In this document: one piece after another, positions 13,970-27,608 of the stretch | Numbering within the stretch: position 1 is the stretch's first letter | Layout: the number at the start of each line of letters is the position of its first letter | Origin: Camelus dromedarius | Taxonomy: Eukaryota | Assembly (NCBI RefSeq): GCF_036321535.1 | Contig: NC_087436.1 | Coordinates: 36,272,001 to 36,336,000, forward strand | Length of the DNA: 64,000 nt | Direction: 5' to 3' | The notes under the pieces: generated by a model | Seen by the model: the letters and a program-made list of their open reading frames with translations, nothing else | What the model was told of the DNA's origin: nothing | Database searches by the model: none | Translations under genes and position numbers: made by a program

Positions 13970-14884
13970 AAAAGTAAATATAAACTAAAGGTAGACTCAA
14001 AGAACTGGATTGTTTCAAAATATTATCTAGCCAGTTAATACAAGATGCCACCCCCAAATAGAACTGATTTTACAGCAAGGCCGATTTTCAGAGAGTTCTG
14101 AGGACAGAGATTCTATAGCATCTTTGGTAAACAATTCTAATATTAAATGACCTCTGCTGTCAAATATTATCTTTCTGTCCCATCAGCCTTGCTTTTCTCA
14201 TAGGCTGAGATAGATTCTCAGTCTTCCCTGCATTCTCCAGTGGAGGAACCTGAATATCTTTTAAACATCTCTTGACAACTCAGTTTTCCCAAACCACATA
14301 TCATAAATACACAGCACAAAAATGAACAATCACAAAGTGAATTCTCCCCGGTAATCACCACCCACGTCATGAAATAAGAACCCTGCCAGCACTCCAGGCC
14401 ACTCCTTCTCCTCCTTGCCTGTCACACTACTCCTTCTGCCTCCCCAAAGATAACCATTGACCTGACTTCTAATGCTTTCATTTAGACATGCCTGTTTTTG
14501 AAATTTACAGAAATGGCTAAACCCTCTGCTCTCTCTTTCTTAGTCTATTTATAAATTGAGATACAAGTCACACAACATAAAATTCACCACTTTAAAGTGT
14601 ACACTTCAGTGTTTGCTTTTGTTTTTGCTTTTTACTATATTCTTTACTTTGTGGAACTGTCACTACCATCTAATTCCACAGCGTTTCCACCACCACCGCC
14701 CCTGCCCCATCCTGGCCCCCTCGGCCCCCTGCCACACACCCTGTTCCTGTTAGTTGTCTTTTGTTCAGTGTTCTGCTTGTGAGATCCATATACTTACTGT
14801 GTTAAGTAGCCAGTACCTTTTTGAATAGAGCCTAGGGGAGTGAAGCACAGGTTTTTCTAATTAATTTCGGTTCCATACACAAGA

Positions 14885-15065
14885 CTAGTGGTTTCAACCC
14901 GGCTGCACACTAGTATCAACCAGGGAGAGTTAAAAATCAGATGTGTAGGCCCATCCCAAACAAACAAATGACCATCTGAGGGTACAGAAAGGGTAGGCTG
15001 GGGCATTAGTAGTTTCAAAATTTTTCCAGATGATTCTGTCGTGTAGCCAGGGTTAAGAACTACTA
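14885..15065. mobile_element. MER5-type hAT DNA transposon relic
   Basis: agtggtttcaacc...ttccagatgattct...ccagggttaagaactact. Confidence 0.6.
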
Positions 15066-16074
15066 CAAACAACTAATTAGAAGTTTTAACCTGACTAGAA
15101 GTAGGCTCTAGTTAAAAAGACACAATCCCCTGGGCCTGAGGCATACTGAATTAGAATCTTGAGAGAGTAGGGTCTGGAAATCTGCATTTTGACAAGTGGC
15201 CCATGTGCTTCTTACAAGACAGTTTCAGAAATGCTGCAGGAAACCAATAATTATTTCTAAGAAAATAAATGGCTTCATTAACAGAGGTTTCTACTGCTTT
15301 AAATAAGAAAACACAAATGCTAGTTTAAAACATTTTTAATGCATTAAAAAGAAACTGTGTTAATGTATAATTTAGTTAGAGGGATGAGAAGAAAATGTAC
15401 TACATTGGCCTCATGTCTTTTGTTTTCATACTAGTCCAAAATGGAAACCTATTGGGAAGTAGCCTTTTCCACCTCCCACTCTGAGGTTAACACCGGAAAA
15501 CAGGTCTACTTTTTTTAGACATCAAACCAGTCTCAATGTTGTCAACAGACTGAAACTGCCAATTTGCTTCTCATTGGTAGTGAACAGTATACAAAGAATC
15601 TTCTTCACATCACCAGACAAACACATTGGGAAATTTTTTAAAAGTTAAAATTTTTAATTTTTTAAATGTTTTAAAATGTTTTACATGTTTTAAATTTAAA
15701 AATACATTTTAAAAATGCAATTGCCAAGAAAAATGGCAGACAGAATGGAAAAGGAAAAACAATTTTCAGAAAAGGAAAAGAATCCTCAAAATAATATGAA
15801 TAGACTTCATTACATATTGTAGTGTAATAGTAACAACTTTACAGATTGGTAAGTAAAAACATTTTGTTAGAAACTAGAGTTTGCGTCGTGCCCTTGGAAT
15901 ATATTCCTATCACTTGCTCCTGTTGGAGACAGCTCATATACCCCCGGGACAAGGACAGTGGTTTGTCTAGTACTTTCTACATCCTCAGCTCTTAATAATG
16001 TACCATTCTCTTTACTGAAGGGTACCTTTCGTTACTGATGGTGTTAACGTTGTCTGAATGTACTAATATATTTT

Positions 16075-16440
16075 TTAAATAAAAATTTAATTTTAGGATA
16101 GTTTAGACGTACATAAAAATTGTGAAAAGAGCCCAGAGAATTCCCATATAGCCTGCATCTAGTTTCTCTTATAATTAACATCCTATTTTAGGATGGTACA
16201 TTTATCACAATTAATAAGCCAGTATTGATACATAATTATTCATTAGAGTCCAAATTTCATTCTCATTTCCTGAATTTTTACCAATGTCCTCTTTCTGTTC
16301 CAGGACCCCGGCCAGGACCACACATTACTTTCGGTCCTCATGTCTCCTTGGGCTCCTCTATGCCTATTTCTCAGACTTTTCTTGTTTTGTCACAACCTAG
16401 ATAGTTCTGAGCAGTGCTGGTCAGAAATTTTTTAGACTGT
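16075..16440 (-). mobile_element. Old L1 (L1MC/MD-like) 3' fragment
   Basis: gagaattcccatata...tggtacatttatcacaattaat...tgtcctctttctgttccagga. Confidence 0.6.
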
Positions 16441-17502
16441 CACACACTAACAAACTTTTGAAGGTATCTAATTTATTCCTATATTCAACTAATGCATTAA
16501 AAAATCTGACTTACAGCAATATTAAAAGGAAGAAAATCTCTGGGAGATGGTTCAAACTATTAGAATCAACTCAAATAGACTTGAATAAATTGGTCTTAGT
16601 GTATTGAAAGATATAATACAAGACAGAATAATTATGACTAGTAGTTAGAATTGAAATTATTTACATTCTTCAGGTTTCCAATCATTGTTACTATTTTCAC
16701 ATAGCTATAAAGTTAATATTATCTTGAGTTCTGTTTTTAATTTATCACTATTTATAAACTTGTTTATGTGTTGAAGTAAAAGTAGTCCACTATTCATTCC
16801 ATCATATTAACATATTTGTCTAAATATTCTCCATTGTGGAATATTTGGCTTGTTTCCATTTTTCATAATGCTACTATTAACATTTTTGTAGGAGAACAAT
16901 TTAAAGTTAAGCCAATTTGCATTCTCTCCAGCAATGTATATAAATGCACACTTTCCCACACGCTCCCCAACACTGAGTTTTATCTTTCATACATTTTCTA
17001 CTCTAACTAGTATGCAAAATGCTGCTTTAAAGTGGCTCTGCTGTGTACGGCACTGTAGGAGCAAGCTGTGCATTTACTACGTGTAACTCATTTCCCCCTT
17101 TTTAAGTGGAATTTAAATGCCAACCTAATAGGTGAAATTAGATGGAGGAAATTTTATTTACTAATACGCCTTTTAGGGAAAACTGTCCTTTTTGGCAAAT
17201 GGGAGTTTGTAGTTGAGGATAACTATAGGAAGAACTCTTCTTGAAACTAGGGATGATTTTATTGAAGGAAGAGGAGGGCAGATGAGAGAGGAAAAGCAGG
17301 AAAGGAGGGTGTAATGAGGAAACAGCGAGAGGCCAGCACTCCACATTCTGAACTGGCCTCCCTGTAACTTCCTCAGATCTTTAATAAAATACTTTAAAAA
17401 TCCATAAAGAGCTTAATATGAATGAGGGGATTAGCTGTAGACACTAAGACTGGAGAAGATAAGGGTGGTGAGAGGAAAAGAAAGACAGGGAGAAGTAGAT
17501 GG

Positions 17503-17522
17503 GTGTGTGTGTGTGTGTGTGT
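17503..17522. repeat. (GT)10 microsatellite
   Basis: Read directly. Confidence 0.95.
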
Positions 17523-18769
17523 TTGGGGGGCACAATAAAATTCTCAGAGGGCTTTCTGATATCAGAGTTACTAGATTTAAGTTAGGGGGACCCCAGCTGC
17601 TGCCCGGATATATATTCATACATTTAAAACAGTGAGCTTTTCATGGTATGTAACATTGAGCTCTTGTCACTTGAAAATGTTTTTATTCTTGTAGTATAGA
17701 AAAATGTATGTTGTGTTTAAAACTTTCTTCTCTTTTTTTAATAGCCACTAATTTATCTCCCATATATTTACATATACTACCATATATTTTATATGTAAAA
17801 CATTACATTTTTTATTATAAAATACACACATATAAAATAGTACATTTATATATATATATATTTACATATACTATTCTAGCTTCTTTGGGTTTTATATTTT
17901 ACATTATGATTCCTTGCAGATTTATTTTTTATATTCTACTTTTGAACCCATTATAACCTACTGATATGGCTGCACTGACAATAGATCTAAATTCTTTTCT
18001 TATCATTGAAAAAAGTTATCTCTCTCTATTGTATTACTCCTGGTTTGTAATAAAATAAGTCATTATAATGGTCTGAATGTATAATTGGCCAATTTTTGAA
18101 GCCCCAATGTTTTAACCATCATGTACTAAAATTTTTTTCTGATCAATTTTAAAGTCTGTCCTTATTATCATCTTTTAAGGAGCAATTTTGGACATTTTGA
18201 CCCCCTTTCAAACAAGTTTCACCATCATTCAAAATTGGTCAGAGATTTAAATTTGTAACAAGAATCATAACATGGAGAGCTGGAAAGTATAACAGGGATG
18301 AGCTCATTCAACTTTGTGATTTAGACTTGAAATCACAGAGGCTAGAGAACTTGAATCACCTTCCCAAGTCACAGCTAGTTGACAGCGGAGCTGGGACTCT
18401 GACTGTTCTCCACTGACCATCTCAAAACATATAATAATTAAAAGCAACTGCCTTTTATTTTTACTGTCCTTTTACTTTAAATCTCCTTACCTTTATATTT
18501 ATGCTAACTCACACTGAAATAATCTCACCTTTCTTTTTGTGGACTTTAAACAGGCAGGTCAAAGATTTAAAAGAGCATAAGAGTGGAAGTTTGCCACCTA
18601 CAGGTCAAAAGAAAGAAGAAATCTTTCAGGTTTTTCAGAGTAAAGATCTGATGACCCTTAAGAAGAAAACTGTGTTTTAAAACACTTCTATGGGAGAGTA
18701 GCTCTCAATCGAGCACAGTCATTCTCATCACTGTTAGGACAAGTTTCTACCATGTATTTTTTTTTTCAG

Positions 18770-19700
18770 TAGTGTATGGTGGTGCTACAGTGGCAGAAAC
18801 AAATGATAGAACACTGAACAGGATGAACGCACAGTCAGAAAGGCATGAAAATGTTTCATAGCAACTGAGAACATGGTGTCTCTTTTTCTGTTGGTATTTC
18901 ATCCTCACCGCTAAGAAATACCTGAGTGGACAACGAAAACCCTATAATGAGGTTGGGACAACTAGATAACCATTTAGAAAACTTTCCTTTAGAGTCTTAT
19001 ATCATCTACAAAAATAAATTCCAGAGGCATTAAATATTTAAATGTAAACGATGAATAAGACCTTAAAATTACTGGAAGTCTATACCGGTGATTATAACAT
19101 AATCTTGGCATTGGGAAGACCTTTCTAAACATAACACCCGAGGAAGAAAATCAAAAGAAAATATATAGGTATCTTACAAACATTAAATAATACAAAGAAA
19201 AAAAATCACTGTTCTTTCTTCCTCACTAATAATCAAAGAAGGGTTAACTACGATGAGACTGCATTTTCACCCAAATTAGTTAAACAAAATTTTAATAAGA
19301 ATACTCATATTGACAATTGCTGTGAATTGACACTTTCATTTATAGAGCCTTTTAGAAGAACAATTCGGCAAAAATATGTAAGAAAAGCTAAAAAGTCCAC
19401 CTACCTATTGATCCAATGTCCATCATTAAGAATTATTCAAATGATACAACCATAGAGAGTAAAGATTCAGCTATAAATACACTTTTTATAGCCTTGTTTA
19501 TAATAGCACCCAAGCTGGAACTAAACCAAATGTCTGCTAGGATATGTGTTAAATAAATTATAGTAGGTTATTGAGCTGGAATAATATGATGCCAATGAAA
19601 TTACTGAACTCTATTTAATGATACTGGAGGAAGTTTTTTAATAGAACACTTCAGAGAAGTAGGTTATATGGCAGTGTGTTTCATATGATTCCACTTAGAA
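18770..19700 (+). mobile_element. Highly decayed L1 ORF2/3' fragment
   Basis: aaaataaattccagaggcattaaatatttaaatgt...ttggcattgggaagacctttct...ttgtttataatagca. Confidence 0.5.
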
Positions 19701-21289
19701 ATTATAAGGAACATATCTCTCTGTCCCCACACAGAGGGGCCTGGGAAAACCATGCCCCAAATATTAATAATGGTTACCTTGGTGTGTTAGGGGAAAAGAG
19801 ACCAAGGGTTTCTTCTAAAAATGTTCCGAAAGAATAATGGAAAGAATCATTAACATATTTAAAAAACAAACAAACAAACAAAAAAAAACCAGGATGGAAG
19901 TGTGAATAGGGGAAGAGGAAAAGACAAGCCATGGTTAAAGATAAAAAGAAAGGGGCTGGCTCTGAGGAGAGAGATAAAAGTATTTAGGAAGAATAGAGGT
20001 GCCAGAACATGCAATAAAATTGGTCAAGGATACAGTCAGATGCAAAATAAGGGCTTGTACGACATGATGGAAGAGCCTGGAAGTGAGACCACAAGCAACA
20101 CAGGCAAACTGGCAGGCCTGCTGCTTTGTACAGCATGGACTGTGTTACCCGAGGAGTCAACCTAAAAGGGTTAATAAATTCTCTAGTCTGAATAAAGACC
20201 CACACTGTCTTAAAAAGCTCCAGGAAAAAATATTGCTATGTGGTGACAGGCGAAAACTCATTCAAAGTAACAAAAAAACTAGATTTTTTAGAATGGCTCA
20301 TTGAAAAGTATTTCAAAATGTTTGAGGGAATGTCACTAAAATATATTACATTTTTGCAAAGTCTCAATGTTTTTACCTACAGAAGAAGATAGAGCTAACC
20401 AAAATTCATCTGCTTTTCACCCTTTAGTGAATATTTCCTCCTAGGTCACTTTCTACTCCATCAAAACAGACCACATGTTATTTGCGTCACCATTAGCTCC
20501 TAGATAGATGGTCTTCAAACTTCTCTGATCATATGACTCAATATATGCACATTTACTTATCTAAAATAATATATTTATATCCTACCAAACTAATATATAT
20601 AAATTATGTAACATAGAGGAAAAAATTAAAATTACAGAAAACAAGAACGAATAGAAGTAGAAATTCTAATATATTCCTCTTGCACCCCAACGGACCTTCC
20701 TGTCTCTGCGTCTGCCCCTCTGCAGAGACCACTGGCTGCCATTAGGGTCTCTTGAGTCCTGCTGCCAGACTGTACCTCTGTCTACACTGCTGTGTACTTT
20801 GGGCAAGACACTGAGCCTCTGTGCCTCAGTTTATATGCAAAATGAAGATAATGACAGAGCCTGCCTCACAGAACTACCGTGAAGATTAGGCAAGCCAGTG
20901 CCTGTGGAATGCTCCCCAACACGCTTGGCACGAAGAAGTGCTCTTCAAGGGTAGCTGTGATCTGTGATCAACACTTTGCCAGGAGCAATCTTTCTTTAGA
21001 TTAATGCTGAGTTAAAGTGGATGATATGTAGTATTTTAATCATTCCAGGTGTTTCATATAAAATAATGCATGAAGATTTGTCATCTTTCCTTATTCTTCT
21101 TTGTTGCTGTGCCCTTTTCCCATATTATCTTCCCCAGCCTAGAGTTAAGTGCATGATTTTAATATTTTTGCAAAATTGCAACTGTGTCTTTCCCCTATAT
21201 ACGTGGGCTCACAGTTTTCCCAGGGAAGGTTAGCAATTACTTTGTATTAAAAAGACCTCTTCATATTCTATTTAAGTTATAGTCATGCT

Positions 21290-22075
21290 GATCAATCCTG
21301 GCTGCATGTAATAATTCTATGTGGAGCCTTAAAAATCCGGATACCCAGGCCCCAGCTCTAGGGCTTCTGATTTAATATGTCTAAAAGCTCCCCAGGTGAT
21401 ACTAAAGTGCAGCCAGGGATTGAGAACTACCAAACCTTTATGTAAGTGGTTCTCAGACCTGACTGTACATTCCAGTCACATGGGGAGCCCCTGAAAATAC
21501 CAACACCCGATTCCCCTGAACCTGGAGATACAAAATGATCAGACAAGGTTTCTACCACTGAGGCGCCTACAGTCAGCCTACAGGGGGAGAGAGACAGGGA
21601 AACAGGTGACTGCAGCAGAGTGTGATACAGGCTGTTTCCATGGATTGGTTGCTGAGAAAGCATACTGGACCAGAAGGAGGAATATGGTCAAGAAAGATGC
21701 TAAGAGAGCCTGAATTTCTACTTTTCCCTCTGAACTCAAAATTAATCGGGATTTTACTAGATTGGTGTTCTAATAGCTGGCATAGCAAGGATGCATATAT
21801 TTTTAAAAAATATACATTACAAAACGATCAATACAATGTACTTCTTTTAAAATTTAGTTTAGATTATATCATATTCATATTTGTATTTTATCTCAAATTA
21901 CTTGTCTAGTTCAAATAAACCTCATCTTATACAAAACAAACAAAAAATACCAATGCCTGGCATCCTGACCTCAGACCAGTTAAATAACTCTCTGTGGATA
22001 TGGTCAGGCCATTATAGTTCTTAAAAACTCCCCAGGTGATTCTTACATGAAGCCAAAGTTGAGAACTACTGCTCT
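21290..22075. mobile_element. Cluster of MER5-type relics with unrelated sequence between them
   Basis: ctccccaggtgat...gagaactac ends recur near 21390-21430 and 22030-22070. Confidence 0.55.
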
Positions 22076-23929
22076 ATATAAACAAAATACTAAGGCAAAG
22101 TAGGTGGCAATCGTAGTGAGAACTTGACAGCAAGGTTTGTAACAGACACACGCGTACTCCAAAGGAGGCTGGCTGAGAAGCAGTGGGGTTTACAGTCATC
22201 TTTTGCTCACTCCTGAGCCTCCTTAGCTTGGGCTTGACTTTGCTCTCTTAGACGAGCAAACCCATGTGGGAGAGAGCAGCCCCGCTACTCTTACAAGTGG
22301 TCCACAGGACTCTAGGAATTCTTTAACGGAAAACACTACACCAAACCTACTATTCTAATTATTTGTCTGATTTTCTTCAAGTGCCTGGGTTCTTATCTCC
22401 AGCCTGAGAAGTGGAACACATCCTGCCTAGTCCTCTCCTTTCCTGTTGCTCTTATCTCCAGAGTAGGCACACTGACCCTTTTTGTTCAAGGGACATTATT
22501 TCCAATCACCATAAAGAGGGCCAGAGAGGGAGGGGCACAGAGGAGAATCGCTAAAATTGTAAAGCTAGGAAAGGAACAGAAATCTCATAAAATTGTTTTA
22601 TAACAATGTTTCAAGTGCCTGACTTACTTCCCTGGATATTTACATGCAATAAATATGTGCGGAGTTAGATTATCATAATGCATATTTAATTTAAACCTCA
22701 AAGTCACTTTAAGAATACATTTTACAGATAAGGAAACATTAAAACAGGTTAGGTGACTTGCCCAAGGTCACACAGGGGGAAAGTCAGAATTTGAACAAAG
22801 GTCTCCTAGTTTTCAGTCCAATGCTTATGTGACAAGCACATCTTGGAAGCTGATAGATACTTCTTGTCATCATTCTTTTATCTTGAAAGAGAGAAAGAAC
22901 ATTTAGTTGGTCCATGGGAGACTATAATCTGTTACTCCTAAAACCTGAAGATAAGGTGAAGCTCTAGGGGTTAAACAAGTATTATGAGGTGGGTGATTGT
23001 GGTTATTAGATGTCACTCTAGGGAAGATGTTTCCTAAATCAAAGCAATAAGTTATCACTCAAAGGGGCCACAGGGTGCTGCCTCCAGAAGGCAAGTGCGA
23101 AATATGATTGAGCATAAAAAAAAAAAAGTAGTGTCTAATTAATTATGTTAACATCTGAATAAAGGGCATGACAACAAAAGAAATGAGCGAAGAGCTCAGC
23201 GTCCTGGTTAGTGGTGAGCCCCTGCATTGCTCCTGAAGAGAGGGTATCTGGCTAGCCTGCTCTCAGAGGAGAAACTTGGCTTGGATTCCAGTCTTCCCAG
23301 AGACTTTCATACACAGGAGAAACAAATTCTTGGCTCAGCTCATATGAGTATTCTGTTTTTCTCTAGTAGCTATGATACAAATATAAATATGAAATTAGCA
23401 GCTTGGTTTACACAACTGTCTGTGTGCTTGGTTAGTATGAGTTGGTTACCTTGATGATGATCACCTCCTCTTATCCGGACAAAAGTCTGTGGGCCTGTGA
23501 AGCTATGATCATGGAAACTCTGCCAATGAGTGAATGCAAGGCACTGCCACCCTGAGAGATCCTGGATCCCTCTGATCCACCATTGCTCTCCCCTCACTAA
23601 ACAGAGGCTTTCAGAGTAGACCAATGGCATGAACTAGGGAGCCAAGAACTGCCCCTAAACTTAAATGAGAAATTAATGGCTTTGAATGGTTCCAGAGGGT
23701 GACTCTCATGTTAGACTGGTCCCTGCTTTACAGGGAAAAAGTCATCCTTTGTAAAGTTTGGTCATTTAAATTATCTTAAAAGGAAAAATGGTACAATGCA
23801 GATCTCTGCTCTCTGTTAAGGAAATTTAGAAAAGTTTGTGACAGATGAGATTGCTCTACTGGGTCCCTGGAAATGACTTTTACATTCTTTACTGTGCTTT
23901 CCATGGAGTCAGTTTGCTGCTAGGTTACT

Positions 23930-24130
23930 GTGTGAGTCCACTTATATAAGCATTTTTTTTCAATAAATATATACTACACTGCTACATGATCTGAGGTTGG
24001 TTGAATCCTCAGATGTGGAAACTTGGATACAGAAGGCTGACTGCAAAGTTATACTTGGATTTTTGACTCTGAGGGGTTGGGGGTGTGGTCAGTGCCCCAT
24101 AACCCGCATGTTGCTCAAGGGTCAACTGTG
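23930..24130. mobile_element. Tigger2/MER28-like TcMar relic
   Basis: ttggttgaatcctcagatgtggaa...aagggtcaactg. Confidence 0.6.
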
Positions 24131-25066
24131 ATTTAGGCCAGTTCTTTTCTGAGCTGTGTCAGTTGTCATTTCCGAACCTGTTGTTAGCTATCTAATTTCT
24201 GAGATTGATATTTCTATTGAGTGCTGTTTTCAAAAACTTCAAACTAAATGGGTTTTTTTTAGCTCATTTAGAAATACTAATTTTCATCTGCTTTGTGGCT
24301 ACATTTTTTTCCGCTGGTGTGCTCTCATTGTCCATTCAAATATTACTTAATCCTTTTTAACCTTTTCTCCTGTACTAAGGTCACTTGAGGTTAAATGGCA
24401 TTTCTTTTTTTCTCCCATGTTCAAATTACATGGGTTTCTGTGAAGCCCATCACAGGAAGGGGTTCTTGTGAAGGACGTGGGGACTGGCCAGAGCCAATCT
24501 CCCAGCTTCATGACTCATGGTCTCTCTCCTGGTACTGAAATTATGTTAATGTTCAGTTAATTCAGTTAATGGACTGAAAATATAGCCTTTCTGTGTAGCC
24601 CTTCTCTGAATGTCAAAGCTAGGTCTGGTTGGAAAGATTTTCTTCCTCCAGCTCTGTATTTCCAAGCCTTCAAGGTTACATTTATTTTCCTCTGAGTCTC
24701 CCGGCCACCCAGCCTAGTACAAAATGACATCGTTTAACCATTCCCAACGTAACTCTTCCCTCTCCCTTATTCCAAGTGTTCCTGCCCTGCTCTATTTGAC
24801 TTGCTTCCAACGTTCTCCCCCCTCAGAGTGTGGCTCAGTCCTCCTGGAAGGAAACATTGAAACCAAGTCCCCCTAAAGCTGGGTTCCCTTACTGAGTTTG
24901 TGATTAATCTCTTTACCAAAACTTTATTCCCATTCTTGTCCCCTCTGATCTCAATCCTGTGTGAACTGAACACTAATCAACCAGAGTCAGATGATGAAAA
25001 TTGCTTTTGTTGATAACATCATTAAGGTACAAAACACAACACCACTATTAATGCGCAAACTCAGCT

Positions 25067-25379
25067 TGTTTCTCCAGGGTAAGATGAGTTAACAGAGCCC
25101 CAAGCCATGGAGCACCTGGCCAGAGAATCTTAAACTAGAGACATCCTGAATCCTGAAACTACAGTTAAGAAATGTCACAAGATGATGATTAACCCCAGCC
25201 TCTCTGTTCTACTCCTTTAAAAACCCCTAACTCAAAGACCAGGCTGGAGTGGATCTGCGGCTGGCCTCACTGCCTTGCTTGGCGCCCTGCAATAAATCCT
25301 TACTTTGCTGAAAACTCTCGCTGCCAAAGTTTAGCTTTCTGTGCTGCAGGCACACAAGCAAGCCCTCTGCTTGGTTGCA
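25067..25379 (+). mobile_element. ERV-type solo LTR (5' end approximate)
   Basis: TATA-like tttaaaaacccc, AATAAA, U5-like end ...ctgcttggttgca. Confidence 0.5.
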
Positions 25380-25452
25380 GCATGTGCTGAATGTATCTGA
25401 CATACTTCAGAGCTTAGATCACCGCAGCACTAGTCAATTCTACATCAAACAC

Positions 25453-25760
25453 TGTAAAACAATTAATACAGAAACCTCAATTAGATAGAGTTGGGAGACC
25501 AGAACAGGGAGCTCTCACACCCTGCAGGGATAGCAGAGCCAACAGGAAGACAGGACTCGGCCAGTGAAAAGCCATGGACTCTTTGTTTACTATAATCCTC
25601 CCAACCTTTTCCTGTGAAAGTCCCCTCTTTCCCCTGCCACATGGGGACTTGCACGTCGCTCATCGTGGTTGCAGACCCGGAATTTCAATTCTCTGCTGAT
25701 CCCAAATAAAGCTATCTTTGCTGGAGAAATATCTGACAGTCCATTTATTTCAGGTCAACA
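25453..25760 (+). mobile_element. ERV1-type solo LTR, 308 bp
   Basis: TG...CA termini, internal AATAAA, perfect 4-bp TSD ACAC (25449-25452 / 25761-25764). Confidence 0.75.
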
Positions 25761-27070
25761 ACACAAACACAGAGTTGGGATTGTTTTGCTTTTTGTTGTA
25801 GTTTTGTACTCACCCAGAACGCGATGCCTGCGGGCTAGTTCCAAGAACTGCTTATACTTTATCCATTCATATTTCCTTTCCTTTTGGAAGTAATTGTTAG
25901 CAATTTGGAGGACTGTCAGTAACCCCTTCATTCTTGCTGCTTCCCACTTCTTTCTGCTGATCCTGCAACTGTCCAGATTCATATTCTGGAGTATGTAGGA
26001 ATTCCACAGCTGAAATTTCTTAAAGATTATTATTTGAAGAACTAATTAAACCCTGGTTCAGGAGGAGTCATTTATCTTTGGGGAAACGGGCTATACGTAG
26101 GTATAGAATAACTGCAAACCTCTCAGTGTTCTATAATATGCAAGAGGCAGATGGTCTCACAAACATATCAACACTGCTCTGGTCTTTCAAGAAATGTCTA
26201 CACCTGGTTGTAGACAGGGTTTCTTGGAAAAGCCATTTACTCAGATGAATCAAGTTTATTCAACGGGTTGTTCTCAATTTAAAGGACAGAACAGTTACTT
26301 GAGTAATTAAAATTTAAAGATATTTCTTATGATTATAAGAACTAGAAAAGTAGCTGATAAACCACATGATAGTACAAAGCTTTTTGAAAATCTGGAAACA
26401 AAACCATCTGTATTAGAGTGAGACTTCTAGTTTCAAAGGAAAATATTTATTACAAGATTTACTCAGTACTTAGTACAAATACATGCAAATACCAACTTCA
26501 CAAAAAAATCTATTATATAAAGTGAGTTGAACACCCATGTTAATTATCAGTGGTACTCATAATCTTCATAATATTTTAACAAAAACTGAGTGTTAATACT
26601 ATACAATGGGAGAATAAAAGAATACTCAAGTAAAATAATACACTTTATTTTTAAAAAGTTTAACACTCAACATTGTTATTATTCTAACTTGAACAAACAT
26701 GGTATGTATAATTGGAATGATCATCTGTGCAGTTATCATGTGATCACATATAAGACAAATGCCAAACCAAAAATGGTATTTTTTACCCAACATGAGGCTA
26801 ATCAAATTCCATTTTCCAATACATTTAAATGAGTCATGTAAATAAACCAGGCATTCTCTTTTCTTGTTTTGTTGTTACCTTATTGAAAAAAAATTCATAA
26901 AACAATGAATGCTTAGAAATAGACTTTGGAAGCAGATAAAATTTTAGTTCAAATTAAAGCTCTACTATCTACTATCTGCGAGAACTTGGGCAAGTTTCTT
27001 AACCTTATTAAGATCATGTTCTTATCCATAAGATGAAGAAAACAGATGTTGCAAAGATTGAGATTATATA

Positions 27071-27460
27071 TGTAGTACGGGCTGCACTGTGTCCCCCACC
27101 TCCAATTCATATGCTCAAGTCCTAAATCCCCGCATCTCAAAATGTGACTAAATTTGGAGATAGGGTCTTTAAAGAGGTAACTAAGTTAAAATGAGGTCAT
27201 TAGAGTGGGCTTTAATCCAGTATGACTGGAGTCCTTACAAGGAGAGGAAATTTGGGCATAGACAGGTACAGAAGGAAGATGTGAAGACAGGGAGAAGACA
27301 GCCATCTACAAGTCAAGGCGACAGGCCTCAGAAGAAATCAACCCTGCCAACTCCTTGATCTCAGACCTCTAGCCTCCAGAATTGTGAGAAAATACATTTC
27401 TGTTGTTTAGGCCGCCCAGTATGTGGTACTTTGTTGCGGCGACCCTGGCAAATTAATACA
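27071..27460 (+). mobile_element. MLT1A/B-type MaLR LTR inserted into a MIR
   Basis: tttggagatagggtctttaaagagg...ctagcctccagaattgtgagaaaataca; ends aataca; flanks ATATA / ATATG. Confidence 0.8.
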
Positions 27461-27608
27461 ATATGTAAAGAATTTAGAAGGAACATGGTAGGTCATCAGT
27501 AATTTAATTACTACTATTATTTGCTCTGAGCTCTTTAATATTCAACTTCAAAAACTACACACATAAATTCAGGCCTTATAACGCTCAATTTATTGAACAC
27601 TGGGACTT

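Noticed and set aside
18555..18680. Frame containing QKKEEIFQVFQ, resembling an EF-hand entry helix
   Set aside because: No Ca-binding loop follows and no supporting exons.
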